Below, piece by piece: positions 25,400 to 38,766 of a stretch of DNA of 64,000 nucleotides (positions within the stretch are counted from its first letter, which is position 1; every line of letters begins with the position of its first letter). The notes under the pieces are model-generated. The model was not told where the DNA came from, ran no database searches, and was given only the letters and a program-made list of their open reading frames with translations. The position numbers and the translations under genes are program-made. The stretch lies in the NCBI GenBank assembly GCA_026770705.1, contig JANJGN010000039.1:3038001-3102000 (forward strand), given 5' to 3'. The DNA comes from Isurus oxyrinchus (lineage: Eukaryota).

Positions 25400-28300
25400 A
25401 ATTAATCATGATCATATTACACCAGGCAACCAAACGCTTGGTAAGTTTTCATTACAGAGACCACGAAATAAGTGGCAGAAACTCACGCTGCTCCTTTCAT
25501 CCTACTAATGCCCTTATTAACCCAGGACAACCGGCGGCCAGGCACCATTATTTTTGGACCAAGGATAACGTTTGTTCAGTGGTAAAGAAGTAGATCTTCC
25601 AGTGGTCTCCGGAACATTCACTAGAAGCAATTGCACAATTGGTATATCCCTTTAGAAATCCAGAACACTCAATCTAAATTCACCTCTCCTTTAGTGTTAG
25701 AGGATTATCCACGAGTTCCTTAAGAATCTGGCATCATGCCAAGTTGCAGACAAACTGAGGCCTTTTCGTCAAGTCTTGACTCATTGGCAATCTGATACAA
25801 CTGAAACTACAAGGTCATAGGCTCCTAGTCTTTATGTATCTGTGCAGCTCCGCCTGATCACAAGTTGCGAGTCAACAACACAGTTTTATTTCCTACTTCT
25901 TGTCTTAGATGTGACTTCACTAAATCACCAAAACCTTTAGTAGCCAATCTCTTCATTTCAAGATTCGTAATGCAGCCATTAAAATGTATACATTTAAACA
26001 GTGCCCCAGGCTGGCCGGCTAAATGTCACAAAAATCCAAACTGAAACCAAGCCCAGGCTTCACATTACAAATACAATTGTAGCTTGCCTAAAATAATATC
26101 GAGTTCCCATCATTTACCCCGCAAAAGGATAAGAATTGAAAAGGTAGCTTTAAGAGGCATTTTCATTTCCCGTTAGCATCTCCTCTCGTCACTAAATCTA
26201 TCTCATCTTACCGCTTTTACAATAGCTGTAATTATGTTCTTACAACATATAAGCAAGTATTTCCATAAGAATCATATTCTATACAAGTCCATTTTAATTA
26301 TGGCGTTCGTCTTCCTCCATATTTGCACTTGATGAAATATCTGTTGTTACACTGTAACTTCCAGCGAAATGGCTGAGTTTTTCATTGGAAGGGTGTGGCC
26401 TTAAACTCAACCAAAATAGTATTGGTTTCTTATTCTGAAACTTTTCTAGGAAGGATATTGGATTTTGATTCTTATAAAATAATAATTTCTGCAGAATGTT
26501 TGGATGAGGAGACATATTGTACAGCCAGCACTATATTTAGATAATCCTTCTCACTTCTGAATATTTCCCCTGGTAAAAAAAAAGTACATTTCCAGTAACT
26601 TAACAGACTGGCCGTTCAATTCCCGTCTCGTCGCCCTGTGGTAAAAATGCTCCAACACTCACTAGCATCAAAAAGTAGTTTAAATGGCTTCACACAATGT
26701 GATGCTGCTAAAGCCAGTGGAGTGGTGAGTACAGCATTCAAGATGCCAAAGGCACTTAGGCCATCCTTTGTCCATTCAAATATTTTTGCTTTTCTTTACC
26801 GAGGTGAAATTGAGGACAAACGTCCTATAAAATGCATTTATGCCAAGCGACCATAACATCGCTCCATTATTCTTAAGCACTGTCAATCCTGGATTACCCA
26901 TATTTTCGCTTTTCTGGAGATCAGTATGCGTTTTCACCAAAATTTGGCCCAAATCAATCACTTTCGTTTTGGAAAATTCACTTTATGCAAATTTGATGAC
27001 TAAATTGTATGTTTGTAAATGACCATACACATCATTCAATTGTATAAATTCCCACAAGCTCAGCGGAACACAACGAACTTCTCACTATATGTATAACACT
27101 GTTAAATAATCCTTCAAAAACGCGTTCGCTTAATCATTGAGATGTTACTGTTGCATTCTTCATTCCGAAAGACATGAAATTACGTTTAAAATACCCATTC
27201 GTGGTTGCAAAATCTGTTGTTTCTTTGGCCACTTCTGTTAAAGGGACTTTTCAGTACCCCTACAATAAATCATTTCTTTTACCAGGAAACTTGCTTGCCC
27301 AATCTTTTCAGTACAGTTTTCCAATCCTGGAATAAGATATGGATCCGCGTATGTGAATGCATTAACGTTGCCATAAACTATACACAATCATTCTGACCCA
27401 TATAGTTTAGGTGGTTTTATAAGAGGTAAGCTCCATGTACTGTGAATCGGTTGAATAATGTCATCGTCGAACATAAACTTTATTGCTTCTTTCGCTTAGA
27501 TTAACATCCCTGGAAGAAGCCTGATAGATGTTGCTTTTTTGGTGACATCCCCAACATTGCAACATTTTAGACCAAAGCCATTTTCCTTGGTCGATCTGTA
27601 CAATGAGTTTCATGAGTTTTTAATAACTTTCATAAGACATCTCGGAATTATTTTCTGGAAGTTAGCGTAATATGGCAGGGGCATCACGGGTTATCTGGCT
27701 TAAATTGCTAAATGGAAATCGAAACACTGGAAGATCAAATATTATCTTATTGAATAGTGGAGCAGGTTCAAGGGACCGATTGCTCTACCGCTGTTATTAT
27801 TTCTTATGCTCTTATCTAAATTTTAACGGCCTCTGAACTGTACAATGTAACCACTGGAGAGTTGAGTTTAGAATTTCCGATTTCTGGTTCATTCTCCAAA
27901 TGGTTTGAGATATTAATTCCTCCCCTTTCTCCTTTCACTAATGCAAACACATTCCTCTCCTGGTTACATTCCCAGCCATTATTTGGCTTTAACATATTGA
28001 CGGGAAACATTCATTGAATTTCACCCTGATTGGAGTGCTCACTAGATCATTCACAGAATTGAGTTTCTTTGTGACTTGGTAAAGGCCGATGAACCTTGCT
28101 TTTCTCTTTTTACTAGCGAAAAGTCACCAAACTCAAACATTTCCTCCAGCAACATAACTTCGAGTTTTGGAATAGATATCTGCACCTGCTTCCATTGTTT
28201 GTCGTGCATTTCTATTTTTACATGTTTTTTTGACCGATCCACAGGGCTTGGTTAGTTTTTCCCAGCAGTTTGTCACGTTGGTCAAATGTGACGCCTCGGA

Positions 28301-29480
28301 ACTTTGGTTGATAAATTTTCCTTTAATTAATTTCACTGGATCTCGCGCCACTTCCTCAACTATCATGTCAAAAGCATTGAATGCTGTGGATTCCTTCTGG
28401 GCGTGCCTTAGAAATACCAATCGAAGGACTCTATCACAAAAATGGGCCATCATTGACAATATACTTTAATCGTCATCTTTAAAGTTGGATTTCATTTTGC
28501 TAAAGTTCCTTATAACTGTGAATAAAACGCTGAAGGCTGAAAATAGTTTTTCCCTCTCCAAAACTTTTCATTTTTTATCTGAATATCTGTGACATAAAAT
28601 ATGAGCCTTGATCTGATTAATTTTCCTGAGGAAATCCATATATTTTAAAGAAATGAACTCGCTTTCCCCCTACAATTTTCACCATTATTTTCCTGAAATG
28701 CACTGCCACTGGAAATCTTGTTAGAGCTACCATAATTTTTTGAAAAACACTGTTTCCCACTTCTGATTTAGCTGGGGGTCCAAAACAATCTATTAAGGAA
28801 GTGCTAAATGGTTCTGTACAAGCTGGTATTGGACTGAATAAAGGATGCACTTGAATTGATGATTCTGGCTTCCCCACTATTAGCATGTATGTCATGTCTG
28901 GCAGAAACTAACAACGTCTTTATGAAACCATGGGAAATAAAATATGTTTTAGCATGTCAGCCTGTGTTTTCCTAAAGCATGCATGAACTGCCATTGGAAC
29001 ACCGTAAGCAACTCATGATGGAACGTCCACCAGATGAACTATTGTAAAGTGCCGATTGGCTCATATTTGAGGTGGTCTCCCTTTCCTCATTAGCACAGCA
29101 TTTTAAAATAATAACACCCAGGTACTGATTCTGATTCAGGCTCTGATAGGGTGATATAGCAAATTCTCTCAACTTAGGATCAGCCTGTTGCATTTCTACT
29201 AAAGTAGATGGACCAAAATGTCATCCCCATTCCCTTTACATTCTTCAGTTTGCTTCAGTTCCTTCTAAGGCTTCCTTTTTTTGCGGGGCTGAGATCTAGC
29301 CATGAAGCAGTCAAGAAACAATCCAGGATATTCCTCAAATCGCGCCTCAGCTACTTTCCGTTCCACTTGGTGTTATAACAGTCTCGGTGAGGCTAATGTA
29401 TTTGAACCAGCTGTCTCATAGCCCAACATGAAATCAATTCGTTATTTAGTGATTTGATCCAAAGCTCCAACTGCTGCCTC
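25400..29480 (-). mobile_element. Gmr1-like Gypsy pol relic (integrase, then RT, then RNase H) with 3' LTR
   Basis: Integrase PIPACTEPFSTSLIDCFGPPAKSEVGN...TRFPVAV...FFKIYGFP at 28617-28895 lies upstream of RT GY*KVPLTEVAKETTDFAT..GYF...MSFGMKNA (~27150-27260). Purine tract and probable LTR start at ~26112. Confidence 0.8.
27720..27815 (+). mobile_element. Short CR1/HE1 3' tail inserted in the Gypsy pol
   Basis: atcttattgaatagtggagcaggttcaagggaccga...tttcttatgctcttat. Confidence 0.6.
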
Positions 29481-29504
29481 TCCTCTCACTAACTGACTTA
29501 TTTT

Positions 29505-32079
29505 GGGTGGAGTCTTCTGAGCCCACTGACGGCGGGTGTGATATGTGGTGGGCATGGAAAATATGGTGGGGCCCACTTCAAGACGGCATGAAGGCAGGTC
29601 GCGATCTTTTCCTCAGCTTACCGCTAGCGGGCTGTGTTTCTCACCATCGGTCAACGAGAAGCAGTAGCAAGTGTGATTTTATTTGATTCAGGTTGCCTAC
29701 GCGCGCCTTTAAGGATCCAAGAGGCTCGAAAGTGCCATCAGCCGCTCCATGTCTTACCCGACCGTCGCCCCCCCCCCCCACCCCCCCCCCCCCCCCCCCC
29801 CCACTGACCCCCATAAAAACGGGCACTGGCTTCAAATCCGCCAGCACTTCATTGCACTGCACAACAGTTGCACTGCACACGTTGTGTAATCTCTTCGCCA
29901 GCACTGGTTATGCAGTAGTCACTGCTGGAGGAGCTGTCAGCTCCTTGCATATTCAGCATCATTGTTTGTATCAGTGTCCCCAATGCCGAATGTTGACAAG
30001 GCACCCAGGCAGAGCAATCCTCCCTGGCATTCTGAGGGGTGGCCAGCACTTTCTGGGAAGCATTATGGGTTTTTACTAAAGGACCAGCGATGATTACCAC
30101 GTGTCGCTCTCTTTCGTGCTGTAGGAGGACCATGTCAGGATCCTGAATCCTGGTTACCTAGCAGCACGCCTGATGGCCTACAGAGACCGTTTAAGATGGA
30201 GGAGAGAGCGACTGGTCAGGCAGCTTCAGGAGCAAAATCCAGCAGTTAAAGGCTGCATGCTGGCTGTGATGCTCTGGCTGTGAAAACTTTGGCCTCAGTC
30301 CTCTCAGAGGCCGAGATTTGCAGGACACCTGTCTGTTTTCATCGCAGTGGCATCCTGCTCGACCTGTGCAGCTGGATCTGTATAGTCTACAGGAAGAGGG
30401 AAGGCACATGGGCCTGTCACTCGCTGAGTCACTCGGTTGGATGGCCCCGGAGAGTGCACATGCTGACCTTCCTCCCTATGTGTGCCCGAGAACCCCTTGC
30501 TGACTCAGTGGGTGGGAGGGGCAGCTGGATTGAGATCATGCATCCGAGGACCCATCTTATGTACGGTCTGCTGGACGCCAACTATGGCAGCAGCAAAAGA
30601 GTTAAGCCCATGCAGCATTGCATGAGTAGATGCTCTGGACCAAGGTCTCCATGGCAAACACCATAATGCCAGTTTTGGACACTGCATGTTGCAATGCCGG
30701 TGCTCCTACATGAGCCTGGAGATGGACGGTCTCCTCCATCGTGCATTACAATTTGAGGAGTGCAGCCGACAGGACTTTCTGATGTTGGCTGGCTTACCTT
30801 TGCAGCTCCAATTCTGAGATATGACCAAGTCCAGTTGCTCAACATCTGACTCGTATTCAACAACTTTCTGGCTTCAGAACTCCGTGTGTGGAGACCAGGG
30901 AAATCCGTGCCTCCACCTGCTGTGGAGGGGGCAAGTTGTCATCAGGTTATGATCCCGAGGCTTCTCTAAACGTACGTCCCATGGAGTCGTGTGTCTCTAC
31001 ACTGGTAGAGGGCGTGGATGAGCGCTCTAAAGTAACTTTAGGCAGGGTGCCTTCAGACTCCTCCTCAGACTTTTAAACGGAGCTGTATGGGGGCACAGGG
31101 TCCTGGAATCCGTCGGCCGTTTCGCAGGTGTACCTGAGAAAACAAGGGGAAATAATCAGTGCATGATATTGGCATGTGATAGAGGACACATCACACACAG
31201 AAGTGTTTGCTAATGAATGCTGCAATCCTGGATCCTCACTTGGTAGATCATTGCCGACCTCATCGTTAGCGCAAGAGTGGTCCCAGTTATAATTGCCCAG
31301 ATGAATGACTCTGTTGTTCAATTCCATCAGAGTGTTGATGTCCAGCAATTCGTTCCTGTCTGTGATCTAGCCTTCCTGTTGTGATCCAATTTGTCCATCA
31401 TGGATAGAGATAAGAGGGTGTATCATGATTCCTGCCAGGCCAGATGACAAGTATGCCTGGCATGTGTGGGTGGTGAGTGGCCCAATGTGCGGGATGAAGA
31501 CAATGGCGGCCTGTGTGAAAGAGTCAATGTCGCCGTCCCTTGCACTGGCAGTGAGTGAGGGCCTTGTGTTTGAGTGATAGGTTTGTGAGAGTGTGTTAAG
31601 CGTGAAGGAAAGAATGACTTGCACTGGAGGGACAGAGGAGATCATTCATACTTATGTGACTCTTGGTGGTTGTCTTTATCTGCAGGTCGTTTGCCCTGAC
31701 CAATGCTGTGAGCGCTGTCCAGTCTGGGTTTGTGACATTGATGCCCATCCTCCAGATGCTAGGGCACATCCCGGCGGCCCTCCAGCAGTATCTCGAGGGA
31801 TCCATCATTTAAGAGGGTGGCTGCAGGCATTTTACCTTTATTGGCCTTATCTCCCAGACAGAAGTGGTGAGCTGGTGGTGATCAGCGATTTGCTGAGGGC
31901 TGCATTGTAAAGGCAACGGCCAGGGTGATGCAAAAGCGCTTTAATGTTGAGTGATCAAATCGAAGTTCTGCCACCTTGGAAATAATGTGTTTATTATGCA
32001 TAAATAATAAAGTGGTCTTGGGAAGTTATGGCATGAAAACCCGCCATTTTGTCAGTGGCCAGGGCTCCATTTCACCAGC
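29505..32079. mobile_element. Internally deleted PIF/Harbinger element (minus-strand Myb/SANT-like ORF remnant, plus-strand nuclease N-terminal remnant)
   Basis: 31600-31830 minus strand reads LLNDGSLEILLEG.RDV...NVTNPDW.ALTALVRAN.LQ..T......MNDLL (Myb/SANT-like). ~30140-30340 plus strand reads PGYLAARLMAYRDRLRWRRE. Imperfect inverted ends share ccactgac..ggcgggt. Confidence 0.62.
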
Positions 32080-32464
32080 ATGCTAGCGCAATTAGAGTAA
32101 TTATGGGGGAGTTCCAGCACTGAAACAATGTGTTAAGAAAAAATAAGTTATTTTGGCTGTGGGCTTTCAGAGCCGAGGCACCAACGGAAGGAGCACAGCA
32201 GCCCTTTTGCAGCCAGGGCCATCCCACAGCTGGAGGTGAATAGAAGCTACTCTGAAGTAATCGACCTGCAGGGATTGAGATCCCATGAGTATTTATTGTG
32301 CCTGAACGAAAAGAATCGTCAGTTCTTTCAATGATCAGTTTTGGGAGGCCAAGATGACGCCATTGAAGAATTGCTCCATTTTTGCTTCCCCTTGCAATAT
32401 TGATTATTGACCTTTGGGAGAATTCCAATTTTTCCAGTGTGTTTTTGAGCAGATGAGTGTTTGC

Positions 32465-33530
32465 GTATCTGTCTCACTCTCTACCTCTCACTCCATATGC
32501 CTCTCTCTGTTCAGGTCTTTCTCTTTGACTCCCTCTCTCTCTCTCGCTTTCTTTTTCTACCTCTCATCTCTCTGTTTCTTTCCCCCTCTCTCTTAGATAA
32601 ATGTATCTCTAATTTTCCTTTTCAGTTCCCAAATTAACTGGGAATTATCCTTGACCCTTCGCCCCTCGCTTCCTCCTGGAATTTGTCTGGCAAATGTGTT
32701 TGTGTTTGTTTGAGTATATTTGCCTACGTTTGTGTGCCTGTGTGTATGTGTTAACATGTGTGTTTCTGTGTGTGTGTGTGTGTTAATCCATGTGTGTGTT
32801 TATGTATGTGTGTGTGCACACTTGTCTGTCAGTGTGTGTGTCTGTGTTTGCATTTGTTGGTCTGTGTGTATGTCTCTGTGCATGTACACACGCGTGTGTG
32901 TGCGTGGAAGTGCTCAAACGTGTGTGTGAGTGACAGAGAGAGAGAGAGAAAGAGAGAGAGTCTTTGAGTATCTTGTAAAAGTGGTTAGTATAACTTCATA
33001 TTCAATACTGCAAGTTAACAACTTTTGCCTATCTATTTAACAGGACTGGTCATATAATTAACAAACATGATTGTTATTTACTGAACGAAGCTTGATTAAC
33101 GTCTCTTTTATTCTACCAGTAGCAAAAGTAAACAATTGGCTAATTTAGTGTGTGAATCTGTCTTTTAAACTATTGGTATTACCTGTGGAGTAGTGGGGTT
33201 AAATATACTGCACTCGTATCCCAATTGATCGAAACAGGCTATGTCTGTCTCTGCCACTCCTCTGCTGTCTTGTACTCTCATTCTCTCTCTGCTTATCTGT
33301 CTAACTCTCTACCTCTCACTCCATATGCCTCTCTCTGTTCAGCCCTTTCTCTTTGACTCACTCTCTCTCTCTCTCTTTGTTTTTCTATCTCTCATCTCTC
33401 TCTCTCTCTCTCTCTCTTTCTTTCCCCCTCTCTCTTAGATAAATGTATCTCTAATTTTCCTTTTCAGTTCCCAAATGAACTGGGAATTATCCTTGACCCT
33501 TCGCCCCTCGCTTCTTGCTGGAATTTGTGG
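32465..33530 (+). repeat. ~230-bp direct repeat (32465-32686 and 33294-33528) flanking a (TG)n/(AG)n tract
   Basis: tatctgtct.actctctacctctcactccatatgcc...ttttccttttcagttcccaaat...ctggaatttgt occurs twice; also present in unit 2. Confidence 0.85.
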
Positions 33531-33931
33531 GGTTGTGTGATGGAAATTTGTCTGACAAATGAAAGGGTAGTTTTGCCATGTTGTTGATTTTCATTGGAAT
33601 CAGTGTGACGAATGAGAATGCTGGACAGTAGGAAGTGCACTTTGGAGGGAACACAGCCAGGGCAGGGGTTTTCTCTCCAACCAGGGTGAGGGATTTCTGT
33701 GATGCCAAAGCTCCCATGAGAGGGAAGAGATGTCTTATTACTGATATTTCTTCCTTTCAATCATTGTGAGGCTGTTGCACGATGAACAGTTGAACTGGCA
33801 AAAGAGCGAGGACGGCTGACTGGATGTGTGTCCCCCCTCCACACCTTACATCACTGCAGCTCCAGCCGCTGTGGTTCTGTAATTAACTGAGAACCTGCTG
33901 AAACGCTCAGTGATTTGTTTATTTTTATTGT

Positions 33932-34824
33932 TTAATATTTTGAAATAATTGGGGTGAAGAGATGTTGCAGCATATTCTTAAATGCTCCGTGAACTTAGCC
34001 TGCTCTCTCTGTAAATCCAAGTGTTTGTGCAACAACCCAGGAGCTGCAGCATGAAGCCTAATTCCTGCACAAAAGCATAGAAATACATAGACATATAGCA
34101 CAAATTCCACATCAGTCTCCAAATAGAAGAAACAATTGACATTGAACATAACAGGAAGAAATTGGCTGAGATATCAGACAGAAAATTCATAGATTTCCTT
34201 CTACTCACCATCTATGGATCGCCGGGATTATCTCACTTCTGTGAGCCTGGAATCCCCTGTGTTCTCTGCTTTTCATTAAAATCTGTTTTACCATGAAAAC
34301 ATTGAGCAGCAGAAACAGGGTAAATGGAAAACAAGATGTTAGAATATGTTGGAGGAACTCAATTGCTACCCAGAACAGAGATTCGTGAATATCCCATGTG
34401 AAATCCCTGAAACCAGGGGGCGTTCATCAGCCGATATGCAACTGTTATCATAATATACGAGAAAATGTTATTTGAACAGCTCAGCACAATCAATGTTCCC
34501 AGAAGCACAGTGGCAATTTTCTCACTGCAATATTCAGTTTTCAGCTTCAGGGAACAAATGGCCACAAATCCCCCAAAGGTGAAAGTGACGGTGAAACAGA
34601 CAGGACAGTCTGTGGCTGCATAAAGCAAGATGGTGTGGAAATTACACACGTGGATGGAGTTCCAGAAGTAAAACTGTTCCTTAAACAAGAATGGAATGTG
34701 CCTTATTATCACATCAGGGATAACGACCATTCGTCAGCCACAGCCATGGCCACCAGGTACTGAGTTACACATTTGGACAGACCACATCTGTTGCTCCTGA
34801 GGATCACAATCATGACAAAGTTCG
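33932..34824 (-). pseudogene. GPR139-like GPCR pseudogene B1 (exon 2)
   Basis: Acceptor ccaggcag|CG AAC, then NFVMIVILRSNRCGLSKCVTQYLVAMAVAD, frameshift, VVIPDVIIRHIP...CNFHTILLYAATDC...TFGGFVAIC (DRF lost), further frameshifts and a TAG before MVSRRKS, then ELGFMLQLLGCCTNTWIY. Exon 1 not found. Confidence 0.9.
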
Positions 34825-36184
34825 CTGCCTGGACGGGAGTTAAAGAATTTGATCATACATCAGGCTGAGTCAAAGCAAATCGTTTAATTGCGGAGTTTTT
34901 GTATGTGTTATTGCAGCCTGTAATATATTGTGAGAAATGAACCTGAAATAACAAATGGGAAGGTTTGCGATCGAGTTGTAGGAAGCCGAGAAAAACAACA
35001 AAAGCAGAAGTGGTGGAGGAAGTGGATGCAGGATTATCGCGGGCGCTAGAGGTGATGAGGGTACAAAGGATGAATGTTGGGCCCAGGGGACCACAGGGGG
35101 ATTTAGTTGGAGATCGGAAAAGTCAGGAGTGATTGAAACGTAACTTTGAAACCCAATGCTAACGGAGGAGCCAGGCAATAAGAGGGCGGCCCAGGGGTGA
35201 TGGGAGAACTAAGGAACACGTATGATTGGGAAGAACCTGAGGTGATGGTTGTGTTAAGGACAGGGGTGTGATCTGGATGTTTTCCCCATTTCTCTGCTAA
35301 CTACAACAGGATGCATTTCTGGGAAGGAGTGTTTAAACATTACAGTGCAGCAGTTTTTAGGAAAAGTGACTAAGTAGTTTTTCTTGTAAAGTTAAAAAAT
35401 TAAAGGAAATGATTAAAATGAATTTCTTACGAAGTGTATCGAGATGTCATTCTTCAAAGACATACACATGCAAACACAAACACACAGACACACACGTTAG
35501 AAATCTAGGGAACTAGTATACGCTTCGATTATTAGAAGCTTGGAACAGAAACAGGCCCCTTCACTATATTCCTTAAGATGGTACTTGATTTTCTCCTTTT
35601 TGAAGACAAATGGACGTTGCAAAATTATGGTTATTAGTCTAAATTGTAGTTATGAAGAAATATATCAAAAGGTAGAACTTGTTAGCCTCTTTTTATCACC
35701 AGCTCTGATTCCAAACATTCTGCTTCTTTTTCTTGGATGGGCATATCTTCCCTCAAGTGTTTCTTCCTTTCTGAGAATAACTGACTTCCATATATTCAAA
35801 AATGATGTCAGCTATTCAATGTTTCCAAAATATATCTGTTGCACAACGTCAGTTGTAAAGATTATTTTTACTAACATAAGCATACTTCCTGACCCGTGAC
35901 CATCGAGTTCGATTTCATGTCTCCATACATTAACATTCCCATTACAAGCAAGATGCAAACCCCTCCTCTATCCATCTTCCAGAGAGATGTAATGTGACCA
36001 TGACAGGGGAGAAAGGAGAGTGGGTGGGGGAAGGGATGATGAGTGAGAGAGGAGTGCAAAGGGAAAGCTGGTTTCACATTAGACGACGAAGCATGTCCCG
36101 GCACACAGAAACCTGACTCTTGTAGTGTGTGCACTCTTCCAGAGGAGAGACAAGAAATTGGACATCTCGCCTAGCGTTGGACTG

Positions 36185-36383
36185 ACACACACACACACAA
36201 ACACACATTCACACACATGCACACCCATACAAATAAACATACACACAGGTAAATACACATGTATATGCAAACATTGGAACAAACACATGCAGGCACATAC
36301 AGGCGCAGCGGCAAACACACTCACAGAAACACACACCGACGCCCATCCCCAGAAAGACACATACATACACACACGCACACACA

Positions 36384-36423
<40 letters not shown>

Positions 36424-36601
36424 CACACAAACAGAAACACATGTCCGCCTCCAGGNNNNNNNNNNNNNNNNNNNNNNNNNNNNNNNNNNNNNNNNNNNNN
36501 NNNNNNNNNNNNNNNNNNNNNNNNNNNNNNNNNNNNNNNNNNNNNNNNNNNNNNNNNNNNNNNNNNNNNNNNNNNNNNNNNNNNNNNNNNNACACGCACA
36601 G

Positions 36602-36650
<49 letters not shown>

Positions 36651-37160
36651 ATCACACACAGACACACACACGCCCGCCTCCAGAAAAACACACACACACA
36701 CGCACACACACACACATGCGTGTGTACACACTTAGAAGTACAGGCACAAACAAACAAACACTTACATATGAAAATGACACAGAGACACAGCAACAAAGCA
36801 CATGCACACACAGAAAAAATACACACGCACACACAAATTCACCCCTATCCACAAACAGAGCGACAAACACAGATACACAGAGAATAAAAGCACAGAGGCT
36901 CAAGTACTCATCATCTTACTCACTCTTCCTGTCTCTCTCTATATCGCATAGACACGTATATTCCCATGCTCCACCACACCTCACATACACTCACGTACAG
37001 GCCACACTCACATCCACACATACACACACGCACATACACACACACATACACACACACACAAACACATACACAGACACTCACACACACAATCACATACACT
37101 GGCACACCCTCGCATAGAAGCAAGCACATAGAAAAATACAGACAGGCGCAATCACACACA
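36185..37160. repeat. (CA)n-rich low-complexity region with a 136-N gap (36456-36591)
   Basis: Direct reading. Confidence 0.95.
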
Positions 37161-37453
37161 TACGTCATGAAAAACCAAGACACGCACATTTGGTTCATTC
37201 ATGCCCTTTATGGAATGAATTCTGCCATCGTAACCTGGTCTCGTTTAACTGTGAATCCAGACATGCTTCAGTGTGGTTGACCTTTTAATGAGCTAATAAA
37301 TCAATCAGATATGTCAAAGAGCTGAAAACCTCAAATAAAGGAATGAAACTGAAAGCCCACACAAGTTCGAACTATGCACTGTAAACAACAAAGTAAACTC
37401 ACCCCTCTCGGCCCTGCAATAACTTCGTTATTGATATTGGGGCTAAAGTCATA

Positions 37454-38657
37454 ATTGAGAATTAAGTTTTTAGATAAGGTTATTTAACTGAGAGCTTGGT
37501 TCATGATGGCGATGAGCTTCGAAATCAATAAGAACTATTAATTTGCAAAAGATAAACTGATTGAATCGTTAAGGTAGCGGAACTGCTGTCAATCAAGCAG
37601 GGTGCTTTGTCCTAGATTTAGTCAATATTGTTGAATGTTATTGGAACATAACTTATCCAGACAAGTGTAGTATTTTCCAATCACACTCTTGATTTGCGCC
37701 TTGTAGAAGAGAGACGGGCTAAATGACACGGAGTGTTTGTTGGATAATTATTTACTGTCAATGATCATTGCCTGTCGCTGGTGTAAAGCAAATATAACTT
37801 GTCGGTTTTCAGCAGAGGCCTGGGTGTTGCCCAGGCCCTTTTAGTTACACATAGGCAAAGATTTCTTCAGCATCTGTTGACTCGCAACTTTTGCTTAAGT
37901 TTGCGCAAATATGAGTGGATGCTATCTCCACCCTCCGCTCCCCAAACCCAAACCCTTTCTGAGCACATGATGGAGAGAGATTCAGTGATGAAGTGGATTA
38001 AGGTGGTTGCGTCCCGAACTATGACTTCAGCATCTCCTGCAGTGATATCAAGAGGCTGAGGTGGGTGACTTGCAAAAATAAAAATCCTTTGTGCTCGGCA
38101 TAACTCCAATCAGTAGAGACTCCCCCCAGCCCCTTACATGTATTGAATCAAATTTTGCTTGTGTTCCCTGCTAACATAAAATGACAAACGTTGTATTGAT
38201 ATGAAGAACAGTCGCTCTCGCATCACATCATGAGTTCAGCACCAATGTCCATGTCTGTATCAAATCTGAACGAAAAGCTGGAGCTCAGACAAAACACATA
38301 ATGAACGTCAATGAACAGTCTTATCGCGTAAAGGGCGGTATTTTAGTTGTACTATTACAACGTGGCTAGGAAGGATTTTTCAGGGACACTGATCTCCAAT
38401 CCAACTGGTGAAATCTGACAGGACCCATATCCTCTTGCATCATCCAGCCCCTACAGTTGTTTCTTCATATCACGCTATGTGAATCACATAGGCTGAATTC
38501 TGGCGCCTGCGATGTTGCCATCTTAAGAACGAGGCCGGAATGTTCCATCTACTCCTCACTTCAACCTGAATGTGGCTGCAAATTTTTTTGCCATTTTTTG
38601 GCACTGATGTGCTGAGCTCCACAATCATTGCCGATGAGGATATGGGTGGAGTGTCCT
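37454..38657 (-). mobile_element. Duplicated copy of LINE-RT segment 7642-8847
   Basis: Collinear with 7642-8847; present again at 61527-62730. Confidence 0.85.
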
Positions 38658-38766
38658 TGATCACTCTCCAACAGTAAAGAAACGATTTCAAGTTATCAGA
38701 AACGTCGTTTGAGAACAAAGTCAACATCCTTTTATACATCAAATGATTGTGTTTATGCTCTCACCA

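Larger units (their letters stand above)
15439..38766. repeat. Tandem segmental duplication unit 1 (~23.3 kb; A1 + B1)
   Basis: Collinear with 38767-62839; paired ORFs throughout the track (e.g. 20586/48046, 35540/59614, 38470/62543). Confidence 0.93.

Noticed and set aside
35540-36134. 119-aa and 87-aa ORFs as exon 1 of pseudogene B or as genes
   Set aside because: No YYP/GVP-type TM1 motif or phase-1 donor; the region is partly homologous to A's intron.
36079-37280. Long His/Thr or Cys/Val ORFs (up to 330 aa); likewise 60042-61271
   Set aside because: Translations of (CA)n/(TG)n microsatellite, partly across Ns.
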